Shown here: piece after piece, positions 60,617 to 64,000 of the stretch
Layout of the letters: the number at the start of each line of letters is the position of its first letter
Position numbering within the stretch: position 1 is the first letter of the stretch
Origin: Tubulanus polymorphus
Lineage: Eukaryota; Animalia; Nemertea
DNA length: 64,000 nucleotides
Assembly: GCF_964204645.1 (NCBI RefSeq)
Contig: NC_134027.1
Coordinates: forward strand, 15,470,485-15,534,484
Direction of reading: 5' to 3'
Position numbers and translations under genes: made by a program
The notes under the pieces: model-generated
What the model was told of the DNA's origin: nothing
What the model saw: the letters and a program-made list of their open reading frames with translations, nothing else
The model's database searches: none

Positions 60617-63611
60617 ATTTCATAGGCTATTCCAATCATGTGGCCTAAGGATGACATGTAAGACAAATTGGCTTTCCTTTTGTCTCTTTCTCTGAGAAAA
60701 CCACAGGACATTGGGGCCTAGGCCTACTACTATTTGCTGCTCTAATCGCTAAGTAGACTGTCTGTGCAAACTTACTCGACCCGACAACTGACGAACTGTT
60801 AGTGTTCCCTGCTATTTTAGGCCTACACTACTACTCGCTTTTGCCACACACAGCGCTAGTCGGAGCTAAAAAGTGCATGCTCCGATCAGCAGTAGACTCT
60901 TCCCGGACATATATGTCGTAAAATACCCTTTGAGTAGTGTTATTACTATTTTCCGAGGATTTTAGGCCTAAACAAAGTGAAACAGCTGAGAGTTACTTCC
61001 GGGTAGCAACGCGACTAAAAGATGGAGATTAAGTTTATTTTCGCTTGCCGGTGGAGATTAAAACGGGTAAATTCTTAGAGGAAATTAATTATAAATACTA
61101 CTCACACATATTACAACTATATTGTGTTTTTACTTACTATACATTTTCGAAATATAATCGACTGTTAAGGATCGGTATTGAACGCTCGCGCCGGCTTGCC
61201 GACTGCTTGAAGCGGCAGCCATTACAGATACACGGAATATTCCCAGCGGCCTTTGCGAATTTCTTAGAAAAGCACCTTGCCGCAGGTGGTTGTGGCAGGT
61301 GCGAGTTGACACTTTGTACAGCCGTGTGTGATTTTGTGTTTAATAATGATGTCACCTCTGCAGACAGTTTATCTGCTAAGGCTATTATTGCTCCAACCAA
61401 CAAAGCCGTTGAGGAAGTCAACAATCTTATGATCTCAAAGTTCCCTGGCAATAAATGTGAATATTTAAGTTCAGATACCATACTACAAAATGAACACCAG
61501 TATCCACTTGAGTTAATTCACACACTGAATCCATCAGGGCTCCCAAGACATAAAATTATCTTGAAAAAAAAATTGCCCTATAATGCTACTATGAAACTTC
61601 GACCCTACCAATGGCCATTGTAATGGTACAAGGTATATAGTTACCAATCTACACGGCCACGTCATTGAAGCCGTAATTGCGACAGGTGTTCATGCTGGTA
61701 ACCGATTATTCATACCCCGTATACCGATGGCGCCAAGTGATTTGCTCTTTCTGTTCGACATGCAACGTAGACTAAAATTGGCATTTGGTATCACTGCCAA
61801 CAAGTCACAAGGGCAAACTCTCAATCGTGTAGGTATCTATTTGCCCATGAACTTCTTTTTGCATGGTCAGCTTTATGTAGCTATGAGTAGGGTGACATCG
61901 CGCAACTGTCTAAAACTTTTGTGCACCCATAAACCTAATAATCAAGAATCCCATCCAAAATTCACTGAAAATGTTGTCTATAATGAAATCCTGTGAAATA
62001 AAGTTAGGTTTTCTTTCATTATGACGTACCGTACTATCAATGATACCGCCTGTATCAATGATTGCTGATGTATACCTGTATCTATCTTTACTGTAACTAT
62101 GATTGAAAATTAATGTATAAATGGAAAGGATTTTCCTTATATATTGTACACAAACAGTCCGTTCAATTACATTCTTTTCCATTGTCTGTACTGTAGACTT
62201 CCTTCTCTGTGTATTAAATACAAATGTTACACTATCTACTCTACTATCTGCGGCTCTATTACATTTTTATATCAGTTCACAGGAGTCATCATTTCTCATT
62301 GACCTCAAACCTCCAAGTAAGCCCGACCCTCTGCTATAACCGTCCTTTGGACGGGTACTTGGCTAGTGTATAAATAATTGAACTCATCATCCAATTATGA
62401 TAAACTTTCTCAATGTTGGCCAGGAGGTGCTGCCCCTCTGTGACAAACTGGGACATTACAAGTTTTTTCAAGGTTTTTTGGACCATTTTCGCATGGCCAG
62501 GTCTCATCTTTCGGGGACCCCTAAATAAAACTTTTTTCTCAGAATTATTTTTTGGAAATAGGTACGAGTTTTGAAACGAGATAACTTAAAGTATTTATCC
62601 AATTCTCCACAGATATCACAGCCATTAGATTAGAGGGATGTTCCACTTGTATCTATTCATTAGAAGTTGTAAACATTATGATGTTTCCTAATATTATTTA
62701 TAAATCTTCAAAATCATAAAGATTACAAATTCAAAGATGAAATAATCTTACATTAAGATATGTCTCTACAATTGGTAGAACCCGTATACCAAAAATTGGA
62801 AAATCCTCCCATCTGATTATCATAAACCATGCATTCATGAGATATCCCTGTACAAAAATTTCTTCTAAAAATTGTCAAAACCAATTACCATGGCAGCTAC
62901 ATTTGGTTTTTCATTTTTCCAATTGGTTTTGGTATTGCAATGTGGGCTTTAGGCCTATTATGCAAGTAATATCATCTGAAGAACAATTATCTTCACAGTA
63001 AAGGAGCCCCTTGAACTTGTGGAATCTGGAGAATGTTTATTTTAAGTATACTACAACTAAACTTGTCTTGTAGGTAGTGTTTTTTCTTTTATACCCCAAT
63101 CTCAAGGACAATGCTGCATTGACATTGCAGCCTAATCCATGATAACTCCACTGTACTTACCATGTTAACATTACAATTCTGCTAGAACATGCCCATATTA
63201 ACATATAATATGAATAGTTATTCTTCGAACCATAGGACTATATTGTCCTCTTGTTGAACATTCCGATCATCAGCAAAGGAGCAAGGTTTGGCAGCGATGG
63301 CTGCAGTACAATGATCGGGTGCCCAACGGTGCGGCTACACAGCTTAAACTGGTATGTAAAACATCTTTGAAGAATATACAATGTAATATTTTTTTGTCAT
63401 TGTATTACGCGATTGTACAAATGTATAAATAATGTATCTATCTTTTTCTTCAGATTGAAAATACGATAGTTAGCAGCCATTGTATTGCTCACCGTCTTGC
63501 TCTCGCAATTGCTCAAGTAGAGAAGGAAATCAATTACATTAAACGCTTTAACACAACCCTCCAAAATATTTATGAACTTCATGATAATTCGACGGTTAGA
63601 ATGGGAACATT

Positions 63612-64000
63612 AACTAGGGGTCCAGTGACACCATGTCCACTGTGGGCAGTGGTTTCAAATGCCCAATAATCTAACAATTTCAATATTCAATGCCTCCTGG
63701 TGGCCATATACAAAAACCAATGACCTTGAAACTCACCACAATCATAGAACATGTCATGAACTACAACTTTGCAATATATCATGGTAGCAAAATATGCCTA
63801 GGTACCGATATAATAGGGTTAAACTAAGTTATTCTACTTTTCAAAGCCCCCCTGGTGACCATATAGAATAGCTTATGTCCTTAAAACTCACTACAATCAT
63901 AGACGATGTCATGAGCTACAACTTTGCAATTTATTGTGGTAACAAAATATTCATAGGTATAAATATAAAATAGAAGTTATTGTATTATTCAACCAATGAC
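63612..64000 (-). mobile_element. Third, partial copy of the array-bearing non-autonomous Helitron/HINE
   Basis: AACTAGGGGTCCAG..ACACCATG followed by the same ~150-bp repeats; runs off the window. Confidence 0.8.

Larger units (their letters stand above)
54257..61326 (+). mobile_element. Chapaev-type DNA transposon (7070 bp) inserted in the Helitron helicase
   Basis: 11-bp TIR CACGGCTGTAC and 4-bp TSD TGTG. Removing it restores the helicase reading KLEDLCDFVF. Confidence 0.88.
49277..62366 (+). mobile_element. Autonomous-type Helitron (RepHel), inactivated and interrupted; 5' end not located
   Basis: Rep motifs PDYFITFT, EWQKRGLTHAHIL, KYLYKY (broken by a 4-bp duplication). Helicase motifs GGTRKT, IIDEVSM, LTQNMR, NKSQGQTL, HGQLYVAMSRV. 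3' hairpin CCGTCC-TTT-GGACGG then CTAG|T at 62363-62367. Confidence 0.93.

Noticed and set aside
54257-61326. ProtoRAG/Transib transposon with RSS ends
   Set aside because: The TSD is 4 bp rather than 5, there is no nonamer-like sequence at 12 or 23 spacing, and no RAG2-like kelch ORF was seen.
61045-61623. 192-aa ORF as a real gene (likewise the tail of 53764..54363)
   Set aside because: Chimeric read-through across the Chapaev/Helitron junction; only the part after 61327 is helicase.

Overview
AT-rich eukaryotic DNA, inferred to be from an animal and probably a marine invertebrate (GT-AG introns, metazoan-type TE families). It is almost entirely nested mobile DNA with no clear host gene. 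(1) 1-10112 is a decayed Polinton/Maverick (adintovirus-like) endogenous virus. It encodes a penton-like protein, small membrane proteins with ATAAATG starts, a Zn-finger/VLTF3-like gene and a protein-primed PolB. The PolB catalytic motif C (YFD|TDS) is split by a full-length LAGLIDADG intein that closely resembles giant-virus PolB inteins; this is the standout finding. (2) A BEL/Pao LTR retrotransposon follows, then a probable second Polinton end (AGTAGT terminus, ETS/ATF/YY1/E2F site array, double-PC4 gene) inside a 3.6-kb tandem duplication, and an NCLDV-type HNH gene. (3) The middle holds Helentron remnants, non-autonomous Helitrons with CTCF-like repeat arrays, and MITEs. (4) A P-superfamily transposase faces a convergent partner gene whose intron holds a 9-bp-TSD long-TIR element, which in turn holds a PHD-EN-RT LINE with a 2A-like motif. 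(5) A Helitron with an internal duplication is interrupted by a 7.07-kb CAC..GTG Chapaev-type element whose RAG1/Transib-like transposase has an internal PHD finger and a 3' array of six hairpins. All family calls come from motifs read by eye; no searches were run.
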